Shown here in pieces: positions 8,494 through 17,213 of a stretch of 64,000 bases of DNA (position 1 is its first letter; each line of letters opens with the position of its first letter). Position numbers and translations under genes: made by a program. This stretch comes from an uncultured Verrucomicrobiae bacterium. GTDB lineage: Bacteria > Verrucomicrobiota > Verrucomicrobiia > Chthoniobacterales > UBA10450. Location: NCBI GenBank assembly GCA_963805485.1, contig CAWDUN010000001.1:184494-248493 (forward strand). The letters run 5' to 3'. The notes under the pieces were generated by a model. The model saw only the letters and a list, made by a program, of their open reading frames with translations, was not told the DNA's origin and did not search any database.

Positions 8494-9315
8494 CTAATTC
8501 AGATCGTCTACTTCGACCAGAGCAACTCCGGTGGTGTTGTTCACACCCTGCACGATTGCGGTGTAGTTCCCCGGTTGCAGATTTGCAACAATCGCAGACT
8601 CGCTTGCCACAGTCGGGGCGTGGCCGCTGTTCTGAATTTCGCTAACCTGATCGCTACTGATTATCCCGCCGAGTATCGTCGTCTGCCAATTATCATTGGA
8701 AGCAATCAATGCTCCACTCGCATTGTGCAGTTCCAATCTCGGATTAGCTAACGCATTGGCGATCCCATATTGCCTGAGCTCAGGTCCAATGGCACGAATG
8801 ATCACCCTCGCTGGCCCGGTCCCTTGAACAATAAACCCCCCAATCATCACGTGCTCGCCCGTTTGAACAAAACTGCGGGTGCTGATGTTACTAAGGTTTG
8901 AACTCGCCCCAGGACTCAAATCGTACACTTCCACCAGAGCAACTCCGACGGTGCTGTTTACGCCGCGCACGATGGCCGTGTAGTTGCCCGGTTGCAGGTC
9001 GGCAATGATCGCTGACTCGCTTTCCGCAGTCGGAGCATGGCCGCTGTTCTGAATATCGCTTACTTGATTGCTGGTGATAATTCCGCCGAGTATCGTCGTC
9101 TGCCAGTCATTATTGCTACCAATCAGTGCTCCGTTCCCGTTGTGCAGTTCCAATCGGGGATTAGCCAAGGCGTCGGGGATCCCGTATTGCGTGAGTTCAG
9201 GGCCAATAGCACGAATGATCACCCTCTTTGGTCCAGTTCCTTGAACAATAAAACCGCCAATCATCACGTGGTCACCCGTTTGAACAAAACTGCGGGTACT
9301 GATGTTACGCAGATG
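8494..9315 (-). repeat. tandem duplication, 2 x about 420 bp, inside the BNR-like gene
   Basis: Unit at about 8497 aligns with the unit at about 8917 along its whole length at clearly high identity by eye. It encodes the duplicated C-terminal domain. Confidence 0.8.
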
Positions 9316-10731
9316 TGCTTGAGCCAGTGCCGGTGGACGGATGCGGACATAGTAAATGTCTTCCTCGCCGTTAAATGTGGCTGAATATGCAACGTTAGCT
9401 CCGGCTTCATCTGAAACGAGTGTGATGTAATCACCAATTTTTTGCTGGTTCGGATAACCGATGAGTGGGTTGAACAAATTGCTGACCGGGATATTTGGCG
9501 ACCAAGTGTTGCCGCCGTCTACACTGAAACAATAAAAGAGCTGCGAAGCTACGTTGTTCGGAGAGCTACGCGTATCGTACCACACGACATCGATCCGACC
9601 GTTCGGCGCAACTGAGAGCGTGCCGAACCAGTGCCATTTCGCGTGATTAACGGGATCGTCGTTAATCCGATGCGGCGCGCTGAATGTGATGCCGCCGTTG
9701 GTGCTGCGGACAAACATCACATCGCTGCCATTACTAAAGCCGGAGGGCTGAACACTCGCGAGCATATAGACGTTGTCGTTGGTGCTGGTGCCGGAATGAT
9801 CAGTGGCGAGAAAAACCTGTCCAACTAATCCTTCCGGATTGATCGGTTCGCCGAAAACTATGTCGCCACCAAGGTTCACGGGGGTGCTGCGATCAAACGT
9901 TGGAACTACACCACCGTTCTTCGCGTTCGTTGAGCGAACACACCAAATTCCGTTGGTAGTCAGGTTTACGCCACCGATAAACAGGTTGCCCATCGAATCG
10001 ACGTCCAAGGTGCCCCACGCAGGGGAATTCGGAATGTTGATCGGATTCATCCAGGTCAATCCACCGTCGGTTGATCGAGTGAATTGTCTGCCGCCGTAGT
10101 TGTTTCCATCCGTACTCCACGATTGATATTGGAAGCCGCGGCCGGAACTGTGGGTGTTATCGATCGTGAACCACTGTTTGTCACCCCCATCCGCCGGTCC
10201 GACACGCATCCATGATTGGCCACCGGTGATTGATCGCCACAAATCATCGAAGAAGTTCTGCACAAGACTGAGATAGAAAAAACGCCCGGCGGTGTCGGAG
10301 TTCAGAACAGGATCGCTGCGGAACACATTGGTTTCCAGCACGCCGGGAGCAATCCATCTCGCGCCGCCGTTTGTGGTGTATGCGAAACCCGCCTCCCGAA
10401 AATTCGATGCAACGTTGTTGAACTGTCGCCACCCGATGCTCATCCTGTTTGGGTGGTTACGGTCGACGCAAATGGACGGCTCATTAGCGGCGTCACCAAC
10501 CCTGTTATTACCGTTCGCGTCGACGTTAACTTGGTAGCTTGTGTACGGACCGAAAGACGAGACTGACGCCGGCGCAACGCGTAGTATCGGTGCCGCGACC
10601 GCTGGCGAATTGTCGTATTTCTCGAGCGGCTCAGTTGGAAGCGGCTTTCGCGCGACGCTTTGACTATGAGCTGCCGAGACAATCAGCAAACAGACCGCAA
10701 TAGACAACCCCAACCGTAACATCCCATGCAA
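8494..10731 (-). CDS. secreted BNR/sialidase-like beta-propeller protein with two tandem C-terminal ~140-aa domains
   Basis: Signal peptide MHGMLRLGLSIAVCLLIVSAAHS. BNR-like motifs (YTTNGGARW, FTRSTDGGLTW, VRSTNGGITF, FSVDGGNTW). The C-terminus carries two copies of NISTRSFVQTG.HVMIGGFIVQGTGP.RVIIRAIGPEL...LQPGNYTAIV.GVN.T.GVALVEV.DL. Confidence 0.65.
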   Translation of the reverse strand: MHGMLRLGLSIAVCLLIVSAAHSQSVARKPLPTEPLEKYDNSPAVAAPILRVAPASVSSFGPYTSYQVNVDANGNNRVGDAANEPSICVDRNHPNRMSIGWRQFNNVASNFREAGFAYTTNGGARWIAPGVLETNVFRSDPVLNSDTAGRFFYLSLVQNFFDDLWRSITGGQSWMRVGPADGGDKQWFTIDNTHSSGRGFQYQSWSTDGNNYGGRQFTRSTDGGLTWMNPINIPNSPAWGTLDVDSMGNLFIGGVNLTTNGIWCVRSTNAKNGGVVPTFDRSTPVNLGGDIVFGEPINPEGLVGQVFLATDHSGTSTNDNVYMLASVQPSGFSNGSDVMFVRSTNGGITFSAPHRINDDPVNHAKWHWFGTLSVAPNGRIDVVWYDTRSSPNNVASQLFYCFSVDGGNTWSPNIPVSNLFNPLIGYPNQQKIGDYITLVSDEAGANVAYSATFNGEEDIYYVRIRPPALAQAHLRNISTRSFVQTGDHVMIGGFIVQGTGPKRVIIRAIGPELTQYGIPDALANPRLELHNGNGALIGSNNDWQTTILGGIITSNQVSDIQNSGHAPTAESESAIIADLQPGNYTAIVRGVNSTVGVALVEVYDLSPGASSNLSNISTRSFVQTGEHVMIGGFIVQGTGPARVIIRAIGPELRQYGIANALANPRLELHNASGALIASNDNWQTTILGGIISSDQVSEIQNSGHAPTVASESAIVANLQPGNYTAIVQGVNNTTGVALVEVDDLN

Positions 10732-10878
10732 CTATAGACCGGAACTGGTTCTCGCGCACGTTGCGAAAAAGGTGACCGGCGGCTCGCTCCCCTCTCTCCC
10801 TACGAGACCGCCGGCCAATCAACCGAAAGATTTATTGTGGCTTCCGCTTCCGATCCTGCGCGACGGGAACGCCAGAGG

Positions 10879-11610
10879 TTAACCTGCGCTATCGTGATCT
10901 TGCTCGTACGCCCGGATTGCGCGCCGCGTTTGCGGCCCCAAGACGCCGTCGACGGATCCATGGTAATACCCGGCGCGTGACAGTCGCCGTTGCAACTCGG
11001 AAACTCTGGAATGGCTGTTATTACCGTACCGCGACTGATACTCGGCGCCGCGTCCGTTCCCGTAGCCATTACCATACTGATTCCCGCCATAAGGATAGTC
11101 GTACCCGTAGCCGTAGCCACCGCCGTAACCGTACTGGTAGGCGCCACCATAACCATAAGGATAGTAGCCGTATCCGTAATATGGATAGCCGTAGTCCCAA
11201 CCCCAGGAAGGACCCCAACCCCACCACCAGGGAAAGCCGAAGCTGCCAATAAAGATTACATCATTGCCGTGATGATGCCCATTATGCCAATTGTTACCGT
11301 GCCAGTTGTTGCCATGCCAGTTGTTGCCATGCCAGTTTCCGCCGTGGGCATAATTGCCGCCACGGTAATTACCGCCGCTCCAGCGCGCGCCCCCCGGGCC
11401 CATCCCGCCACGTGAGAAGCCGCCGTGTGACATTCCGCCACTGTAGCCGCCGCGTGACATTCCTCCGCCGAAGTGACCGCCACCGCCTCCTCGACTGCCA
11501 CCACCACCCATGCCACCGCCACCACCGCGCCCGGCTTCGGTGGTTAATGGAGCAGCAAGCGTTGAGACGAGAATACAAATTCCTAAAACGAAGAGCTTTG
11601 AATTAATCAT
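10879..11610 (-). CDS. secreted Gly/Tyr/Trp/Asn/His-rich low-complexity protein with C-terminal peptidoglycan-binding (PG_binding_1-like) motif
   Basis: Signal peptide MINSKLFVLGICILVSTLAAPL, then GGGGMGGGGSRGGGG..., (GNNWH)n, WWWGWGPSWGWDYGYPYYGYGYY..., and finally VSELQRRLSRAGYYHGSVDGVLGPQTRRAIRAYEQDH. Confidence 0.6.
   Translation of the reverse strand: MINSKLFVLGICILVSTLAAPLTTEAGRGGGGGMGGGGSRGGGGGHFGGGMSRGGYSGGMSHGGFSRGGMGPGGARWSGGNYRGGNYAHGGNWHGNNWHGNNWHGNNWHNGHHHGNDVIFIGSFGFPWWWGWGPSWGWDYGYPYYGYGYYPYGYGGAYQYGYGGGYGYGYDYPYGGNQYGNGYGNGRGAEYQSRYGNNSHSRVSELQRRLSRAGYYHGSVDGVLGPQTRRAIRAYEQDHDSAG
11284..11343 (-). repeat. 4 x 15-nt in-frame tandem repeat encoding (GNNWH)n
   Basis: Plus strand reads ATGCCAATTGTTACC GTGCCAGTTGTTGCC ATGCCAGTTGTTGCC ATGCCAGTTTCCGCC. 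Confidence 0.8.
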
Positions 11611-11809
11611 AGAGTAAGGGTTTCATCCGATTAGACACCGACCGTCGCGGAAAGTCTCATATTTTTTTGCGACATAAGAAAAAAATGCCCGGTGCGCCTG
11701 ATATTCGCCGATATGTGAAAACGAACGACCGGTGGTCGCTTTTTTGTGCGGTGCCACCGGTCGAATGCCTATTAAGCCACTCCCAAGGTATCCAGGAGCG
11801 GGCGGTTAA

Positions 11810-12184
11810 TTATCCCATCCACTGCCATGCCATTTCTGCTTTAAAAGGCTGCGGTGGCACTGCCCGGGTCTGGGGCCCCATAACTCCGTCGAGTACGCCG
11901 TGGTAATAACCGAGTTGGCCAAGACGCCGCTGCACAGCTGCAACCATCGATCCGTTGTAGCCGGATACAGGCGTATAGTACGAGTAGTAGTTGTTGTAAC
12001 TGCTATAAAGGTAGTAGCCGATCCCATACGAATACGGGTAATATCCTGAGGATATGCCGTAACCCCAATTCGAGTATGGCCAGCCGGAATAGTAGCCGTA
12101 GTTGGGGTATGCGGATCCGCCGTAATAATGAGCGCAAAGATAAAGGATCATTTGAATTGCAAGCGGAAACGACGCCAACGCCAA
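11810..12184 (-). CDS. Tyr-rich low-complexity protein with PG_binding_1-like C-terminal motif; N-terminus doubtful
   Basis: YGYYSGWPYSNWGYGISSGYYPYSYGIGYYLYSSYNNYYSYY followed by VAAVQRRLGQLGYYHGVLDGVMGPQTRA. The weak N-terminal signal abuts an orphan Pro/Thr-tail fragment on the other strand. Confidence 0.45.
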   Translation of the reverse strand: MALASFPLAIQMILYLCAHYYGGSAYPNYGYYSGWPYSNWGYGISSGYYPYSYGIGYYLYSSYNNYYSYYTPVSGYNGSMVAAVQRRLGQLGYYHGVLDGVMGPQTRAVPPQPFKAEMAWQWMG

Positions 12185-12312
12185 CGGTGACGCCGAGTGC
12201 TACAGCGACGCCTACACCAATTACGACCCCAACAAGCACTCCGCGGCCAACTATCCCCCAGGTCTAGCCCCGCTCCACGACCTCGACCAACGTTGGTGCC
12301 GCGCCCGTTAGG

Positions 12313-12999
12313 CTAGCAAGCCTCTGTTACGAAGCGTTCGCGATAAGTCCGATCCAAGTGCCGAAGCAGAGCGACGGCTAACTCGTGTCGATTAACACGT
12401 CCACCGATTGCCATAGCGAGAGAAGTTGCCGTGTCGTGCAGTTCGTTCGCAAAACCCGGTTGATTCGCGTTAAGGCCTATCCCCACAACGGCAAAGTGTG
12501 GTGCTTTTTGTTGGGCGCGCATCTCTACCAGGACGCCGGCGACTTTGCGTCCGTGAAGCTGAAGGTCATTGGGCATTTTAATCGTCGAATCGAGCGCGAA
12601 CTCCGCTCGAATCATATCAGAGATAGCTTGAATCGCCCAAACCGTAAGCCGCCACGATTCGTTGATCGGAATTTCCGGACGCAAAAGTATTGAAAACCAA
12701 AGTCCCTTTCCTGCCGCCGATTCCCAGCGGTTCCCACGCTGACCGCGACCGGTGGTTTGATGTTCGGCAAAAACAACCAGGCCCTCGCGTAGTACGGACA
12801 GTGGACCCTCCTTCGCTGAGGCTACGGCGGGCAAGCTGGAGATCGCCGCTCCTTGCGGACATGCGACCTGCAAAATGGCGTCGTTAGTCGAGCCAGTTTC
12901 CTCTAGCACAACAATTTCACGCCCGATGATGGCCCCGCGAGGAAGTTCGGCTTTTAGTCGATGAGCGATCAGCCGGTCCAACTCCTCAACCGTGGACAT
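12313..12999 (-). CDS. birA: biotin--[acetyl-CoA-carboxylase] ligase (group I, no N-terminal HTH)
   Basis: Biotin-binding loop GRGQRGNRWES..GKGLWFSILLRP. At 228 aa it is too short for the repressor domain. Overlaps nadC by 14 nt. Confidence 0.8.
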   Translation of the reverse strand: MSTVEELDRLIAHRLKAELPRGAIIGREIVVLEETGSTNDAILQVACPQGAAISSLPAVASAKEGPLSVLREGLVVFAEHQTTGRGQRGNRWESAAGKGLWFSILLRPEIPINESWRLTVWAIQAISDMIRAEFALDSTIKMPNDLQLHGRKVAGVLVEMRAQQKAPHFAVVGIGLNANQPGFANELHDTATSLAMAIGGRVNRHELAVALLRHLDRTYRERFVTEAC

Positions 13000-13834
13000 G
13001 AGTCATCTCCAGCCCGAGGTCGACCGCGCGTGCTGAGTTCGTCAAAGCTCCAATGGAAATGTAATCGACGCCGGTAGCTGCGATCCGCCTCACGTTTTTC
13101 AGCGTGATGCCGCCGCTAGCTTCGAACTTGATGCTGTTCCTCCTGAGCGCCAAAGCTTCCCGAATCTGGGCGGGCTCCATGTTGTCCAGAAGGATAACGT
13201 CGATGCCGTCGATGTCGACGAAAGCCCGGACCTGTTCCAAATCGTCAGCCTCCACCTCAATGCGGACGTTTGGCCGTTCCTCGCGAAGGCGGCGAACTTG
13301 GTCGGCGAAGCCGGAAAGCCCTCCGAGAGCGGCAAGATGATTGTCCTTTACCAGGATCATATCGAACAGACCGGAGCGGTGATTCACGCCACCGCCAGCG
13401 ACGACCGCGGCCTTCTCCAGCACGCGCAGTCCGGGGGTCGTTTTGCGTGTATCGAGTATTTTGGCCGGATGATTGCCGACCGCATCAACGAATTGCCGTG
13501 TCAGCGTTGCGACGCCGCAGAGGCGCTGAAGAAAATTTAGCGCTACGCGTTCGGCCTTCAGAATCGAACGCGCAAGCCCGTGAAGTTCCATCACGGTCTC
13601 GCCGGCAGCTACTACTTCGCCATCTGAACGAACGATCTGGACATCCGTCGCGGAATCGATCTTCCGGAAAATTTCCGCGGCCGTCCTGGTTCCAGCAACG
13701 ACTGCCGGCTCATGCGCAACGACGCGGCCGCTGGCATGCAGTGCTTCCGGAACGAAAAAGTCGGTAGTGATGTCGCCCTTGCCGATATCTTCTTTAAGCG
13801 CTGCAGCGATAGGATCGTACTCGTCAAGGTCCAT
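12986..13834 (-). CDS. nadC: nicotinate-nucleotide diphosphorylase (carboxylating), i.e. quinolinate phosphoribosyltransferase
   Basis: 282 aa, full-length NadC pattern (DIGKGDITT..., ILDTRKTTPGLR, KDNH, LDNM, SGGI). Confidence 0.9.
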   Translation of the reverse strand: MDLDEYDPIAAALKEDIGKGDITTDFFVPEALHASGRVVAHEPAVVAGTRTAAEIFRKIDSATDVQIVRSDGEVVAAGETVMELHGLARSILKAERVALNFLQRLCGVATLTRQFVDAVGNHPAKILDTRKTTPGLRVLEKAAVVAGGGVNHRSGLFDMILVKDNHLAALGGLSGFADQVRRLREERPNVRIEVEADDLEQVRAFVDIDGIDVILLDNMEPAQIREALALRRNSIKFEASGGITLKNVRRIAATGVDYISIGALTNSARAVDLGLEMTHVHG

Positions 13835-14146
13835 GGATGAGCGGCGGCGGCAGCATACGTATAAAATTCATGGCGTCTATCGAACACGCCGGCAAAGTGC
13901 TTCTGTTGGCCGCCGGATTTTGGCAAAAAAATTGATTCGGGCAGCGCACGCTTAAGGAGAAACAACTCTAGAAGAACTCGTGCAACCGCCCGAATCGCCT
14001 TAACCTGTTACATTGGACAGCGTGCAGCAGCGTGCGTTCGAACTTTTTTACCAAAAATTCGTGCGTGGTCGGAAGTCCGGTAGAGGCGTAAACGAGGCGA
14101 CATACGCCGTGCGCCGCGAAGATTGTCCCTAAAAGCGGCCGTGGTT

Positions 14147-15058
14147 TTACAGAAGATTCGGCTGCACAACAGTCCCAACTCGCGCTGCTTCGTCGCGCAC
14201 CTCTTGGAGAAGCGATTTAAACTCACATTTTTCCATGGCGGCTATGAGCGCGGGATAATTGGGCGCGATTCGCAAATCATCGATCGGCACAGGCAAATCC
14301 ATCTCACAATCGAGATGGACCATTTTTCGGTTTTGCAATATCTGCTCCCGAGCGTTGCCCAGTTTCTCGCGGGTGCGCACGCTTTTCACCTTGTCGAAAT
14401 TCTTCAATAACGGTTCAAGACCACCGAATTCAGCGATCAACGCGGCGGCGCTTTTACGACCGATTCCGATGCCGGGAATGTTGTCGACCGAATCGCCGGT
14501 TAACGCGAGGACATCCCCGATGAGCCCAGGCGGCACGTCCCATTTCGCTGTGACCTGTTCTTCGCCAAGTAAGGCGAACGCGTCCTTAGGTGACGCAAGA
14601 TCTGCTTTCGCGGTGGTGTAGATTTTCACGCAAGGACCCACCAGTTGGAACAGATCCTTGTCGTTAGTCGCGAGCACCACGTCCATGCCAGTCTTCTTGC
14701 AGGCGGCAATCGAATAACAACCCATCAGATCGTCCGCCTCGGTATCCGGCAGGGAAATATTTCGGAAGCCCAGCAAAGGGGTGAGCTTTTGGATAAACTC
14801 GAGCTGGGGGATCATCGGTTTGGGCATTTCTTTCCGCGTCTCTTTGTAAGCAGGTTGCAGCTCTACTCGCTTCTGCGGCAGGCCTTCGTCCCAGACGACC
14901 GCGCCCAGATCAGGTTGCAAATGTTTCACCATCAACCGCAGGGTTTTCGTAAAACCGAAGATGGCGTTGGTCGGTTCGCCCCGGGAATTCGAGAGATTCG
15001 GAATGGCAAAAAACGACCGGTAAACGTAGTAATGACCATCAATCAGCAGCAGTCTCAT
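14147..15058 (-). CDS. stand-alone 5'-3' exonuclease (Pol I N-terminal/FEN-like)
   Basis: MRLLLIDGHYYVYRSFFA..., acidic clusters, and H3TH region GDSVDNIPGIGIGRKSAAALI. Confidence 0.85.
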   Translation of the reverse strand: MRLLLIDGHYYVYRSFFAIPNLSNSRGEPTNAIFGFTKTLRLMVKHLQPDLGAVVWDEGLPQKRVELQPAYKETRKEMPKPMIPQLEFIQKLTPLLGFRNISLPDTEADDLMGCYSIAACKKTGMDVVLATNDKDLFQLVGPCVKIYTTAKADLASPKDAFALLGEEQVTAKWDVPPGLIGDVLALTGDSVDNIPGIGIGRKSAAALIAEFGGLEPLLKNFDKVKSVRTREKLGNAREQILQNRKMVHLDCEMDLPVPIDDLRIAPNYPALIAAMEKCEFKSLLQEVRDEAARVGTVVQPNLL

Positions 15059-15067
15059 CGCAGGCTA

Positions 15068-16084
15068 ATGCTGGATTCTGAATGCATGATGCTGGATGAT
15101 CAAGAGGTGAACGACGAATGGATCGTGCGTGTGCAGGGCGCTGAGTACGGCCCGGCGACTATCGAAACTCTCCGCGAATGGAAAACAGAGGGGCGATTGC
15201 TCCCTTCCAACGAGGCGCGCCAAGCCGATGTTGACCTTTGGACAACAGCAGCGGAAATCCCCGGCCTCTTCAGTACGCCCCCAGCAGTGCCACGCACTCC
15301 GACTTTTACCGAACCGCCAAGGCAACTCTCGCGCCGCAGCTTTGCAGAAATTCTAACGGAGACATTGCAGATTTATCGGAAAGGCTTTTTGCAATTCCTC
15401 GGCCTCACGCTCTTGGTGTTGCTGCCGTCGATATGCAGTCAGCTCGCCACTGCGTTCGTAAAACCATCGCAAGACACCCACGTCGATATCTTGTCCGTTC
15501 TCGCCGGGGGCTTCGCATTTTTGATGTCCATCCTTTCGATTGTGATGTGGCCGGTTTACATCGCGGGAATCCAGATTCTCACGGCTGAAATTGTGCGCGG
15601 AAACCGATTCAGTCTGGTCGCGGTGCTTAATCAAGCAGTGAGATTTTGGCCGCGAGTCGCTTCGCTGTGTATCTTCGTCTATGGGGTGTTTTTCCTTCTT
15701 ATGGTGTTCGGCTTGGCAATTGCAGCCATGTCTCTCGCCGGGTCTTCGTCGGTGTTGCTGGTTCTTGTGGCGATGGCTTTACTCATCCTGCAGGTTTGGA
15801 TGTTCGGTCGCTTCTTTGTGAACGTTCTGTTTTGGCAGCAGTTTACCGTCCTCGAGAACGCGGGATTCATCGATTCATTGCGTGAAAGCCGCGATCTGGC
15901 GCGCAGTGGACGCGAGCTTCCGTGGTTTCAACGCCCGTTGTGGCGCGGATCATTCATCGCTTCCATCTGGTTTGCCGTTGTGCTGGCGATCACACTGGGT
16001 GCGCAGTGGGGGACTCTGCACCAGGTACTTGAACCAATTGATGACGACACAAGACCCACAAGCCTTGTTGCAACAAATGACTGA
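15068..16084 (+). CDS. GYF_2-domain (DUF4339-like) multi-pass membrane protein; 3' end probably continues in another frame to 16259
   Basis: The track ORF 14645.. overlaps the exonuclease gene. The first plausible start is ATG 15068 (or 15086). GYF-like segment: EWIVRVQGAEYGPATIETLREWKTEGRLLPSNEARQADVDLWTTAAEIPGLF, followed by about 5 TM helices. Confidence 0.6.
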   Translation: MLDSECMMLDDQEVNDEWIVRVQGAEYGPATIETLREWKTEGRLLPSNEARQADVDLWTTAAEIPGLFSTPPAVPRTPTFTEPPRQLSRRSFAEILTETLQIYRKGFLQFLGLTLLVLLPSICSQLATAFVKPSQDTHVDILSVLAGGFAFLMSILSIVMWPVYIAGIQILTAEIVRGNRFSLVAVLNQAVRFWPRVASLCIFVYGVFFLLMVFGLAIAAMSLAGSSSVLLVLVAMALLILQVWMFGRFFVNVLFWQQFTVLENAGFIDSLRESRDLARSGRELPWFQRPLWRGSFIASIWFAVVLAITLGAQWGTLHQVLEPIDDDTRPTSLVATND

Positions 16085-16283
16085 GGCCCAGAAAGCCAGC
16101 GGTTTTAACATTGCCGCTTTCGCTTTCAGCGCTGTCGAAAAGATTCTCCAACCGTTGGTGGGGATCGCCTTCGTAGTCCTTTATCTCGACAGCAAAGTTG
16201 AAACACCTTCAGATGTGGAATCAATTGCACAGGCTGATGAAGGCGACGCAGTTCGCTAATCGTTCCGCGATCGTGTTTGTCCG

Positions 16284-16988
16284 CTAAGCGGAAGTTTCAC
16301 TCGCACGGCTTTTTCTCCGCCATTCCGCGCGCGCTTCCGCAATCAAGGGCGCCAGCTTGGCATAAAACATCACGACGTATGACAAATATCCCGCGAATGC
16401 GATCAGTTGCAGGCCGACTAGCCAGACATGTCCATCTCGGACGAGAAAAAACTCAGGCCGGAAATGAATTGCAATCGCGCAGGCAACATTCACAAGAAAG
16501 AAAGCTGGCAAGAACAATCCGATATTGAGCCATTGATCGCGTGTCACGAACGCATACAGCTGGTTGCTGACATCTCCGGTGCGATCACGCACTCGTGTAC
16601 GAATCATGCGCAGATCATACGCAAACAACAGCCAACCGACCCCGAGAAATGCTGCTACAAACGCGAACCAGCGCGCAGGATTGCCAAGCTGTGCGAATGA
16701 AAACGCTTCCACGAGCGCACAAGCAATGTAGAGAAAATTGTGCCCGAATTCCAAAGGCCAGCGTATGACCGTAAGGATGTGCAGCACAACACGCGACCAG
16801 AAGACGAGGATAATAATCAACCCCGAGAGAACGTACGGCCACATCTTCCACTCCAGTTTGGCGATCGGTTCGCGTGAGGCTTCGATCAGCACCGTGAGCG
16901 CGACACCTTGAATGATGCTCACTAGTGTAAGCTCGATGTCGGCGATCATTGCATCGAGTTCGGAGCGACTTTCGCTCAGCAAGGTCAT
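16284..16988 (-). CDS. hypothetical multi-pass membrane protein
   Basis: ORF 16284..17102. The internal ATG at 16988 (MTLLSESRSELD...) is preferred because the upstream part is basic and non-membrane. At least 6 hydrophobic helices. Confidence 0.5.
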   Translation of the reverse strand: MTLLSESRSELDAMIADIELTLVSIIQGVALTVLIEASREPIAKLEWKMWPYVLSGLIIILVFWSRVVLHILTVIRWPLEFGHNFLYIACALVEAFSFAQLGNPARWFAFVAAFLGVGWLLFAYDLRMIRTRVRDRTGDVSNQLYAFVTRDQWLNIGLFLPAFFLVNVACAIAIHFRPEFFLVRDGHVWLVGLQLIAFAGYLSYVVMFYAKLAPLIAEARAEWRRKSRASETSA

Positions 16989-17213
16989 ACTCCGAACTCG
17001 TAATCGTTTGACGATAAAATTGTCAAGCGTCGGCAGCGTGGGCGGACAGAGCCGTGAAATTTTGTCTCCACAGCGGGTGTGTCCGCGGTTCGTCTGTGCC
17101 AATTAGCCCAGACGTTATTTTCGAACGGTGAACGGCTTATCCGCTAAGTAACTGCAGTTCGAAACTTTATGAGCACGTGTTCGCTGCCTGCTTCTTTGGC
17201 ATGAAGCGAGCTA

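Noticed and set aside
8494-9315. Possible CRISPR array or other non-coding tandem repeat (also 58710..59730 and 11284..11343)
   Set aside because: The units are 420, about 147 and 15 nt and are contiguous without spacers. They are in frame within long ORFs with protein-level repeat motifs. No cas genes are present.
10800-11578. Multiple overlapping ORFs on both strands of the Gly/Tyr-rich gene
   Set aside because: Low-complexity DNA is open in most frames. Only the 10879..11610 frame has a signal peptide and a PG-binding motif.
14645-15067. 5' extension of the GYF-protein ORF (479-aa version in the track)
   Set aside because: The extension is antisense to the well-supported 5'-3' exonuclease gene. 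The recognisable GYF domain starts just after ATG 15068/15086.
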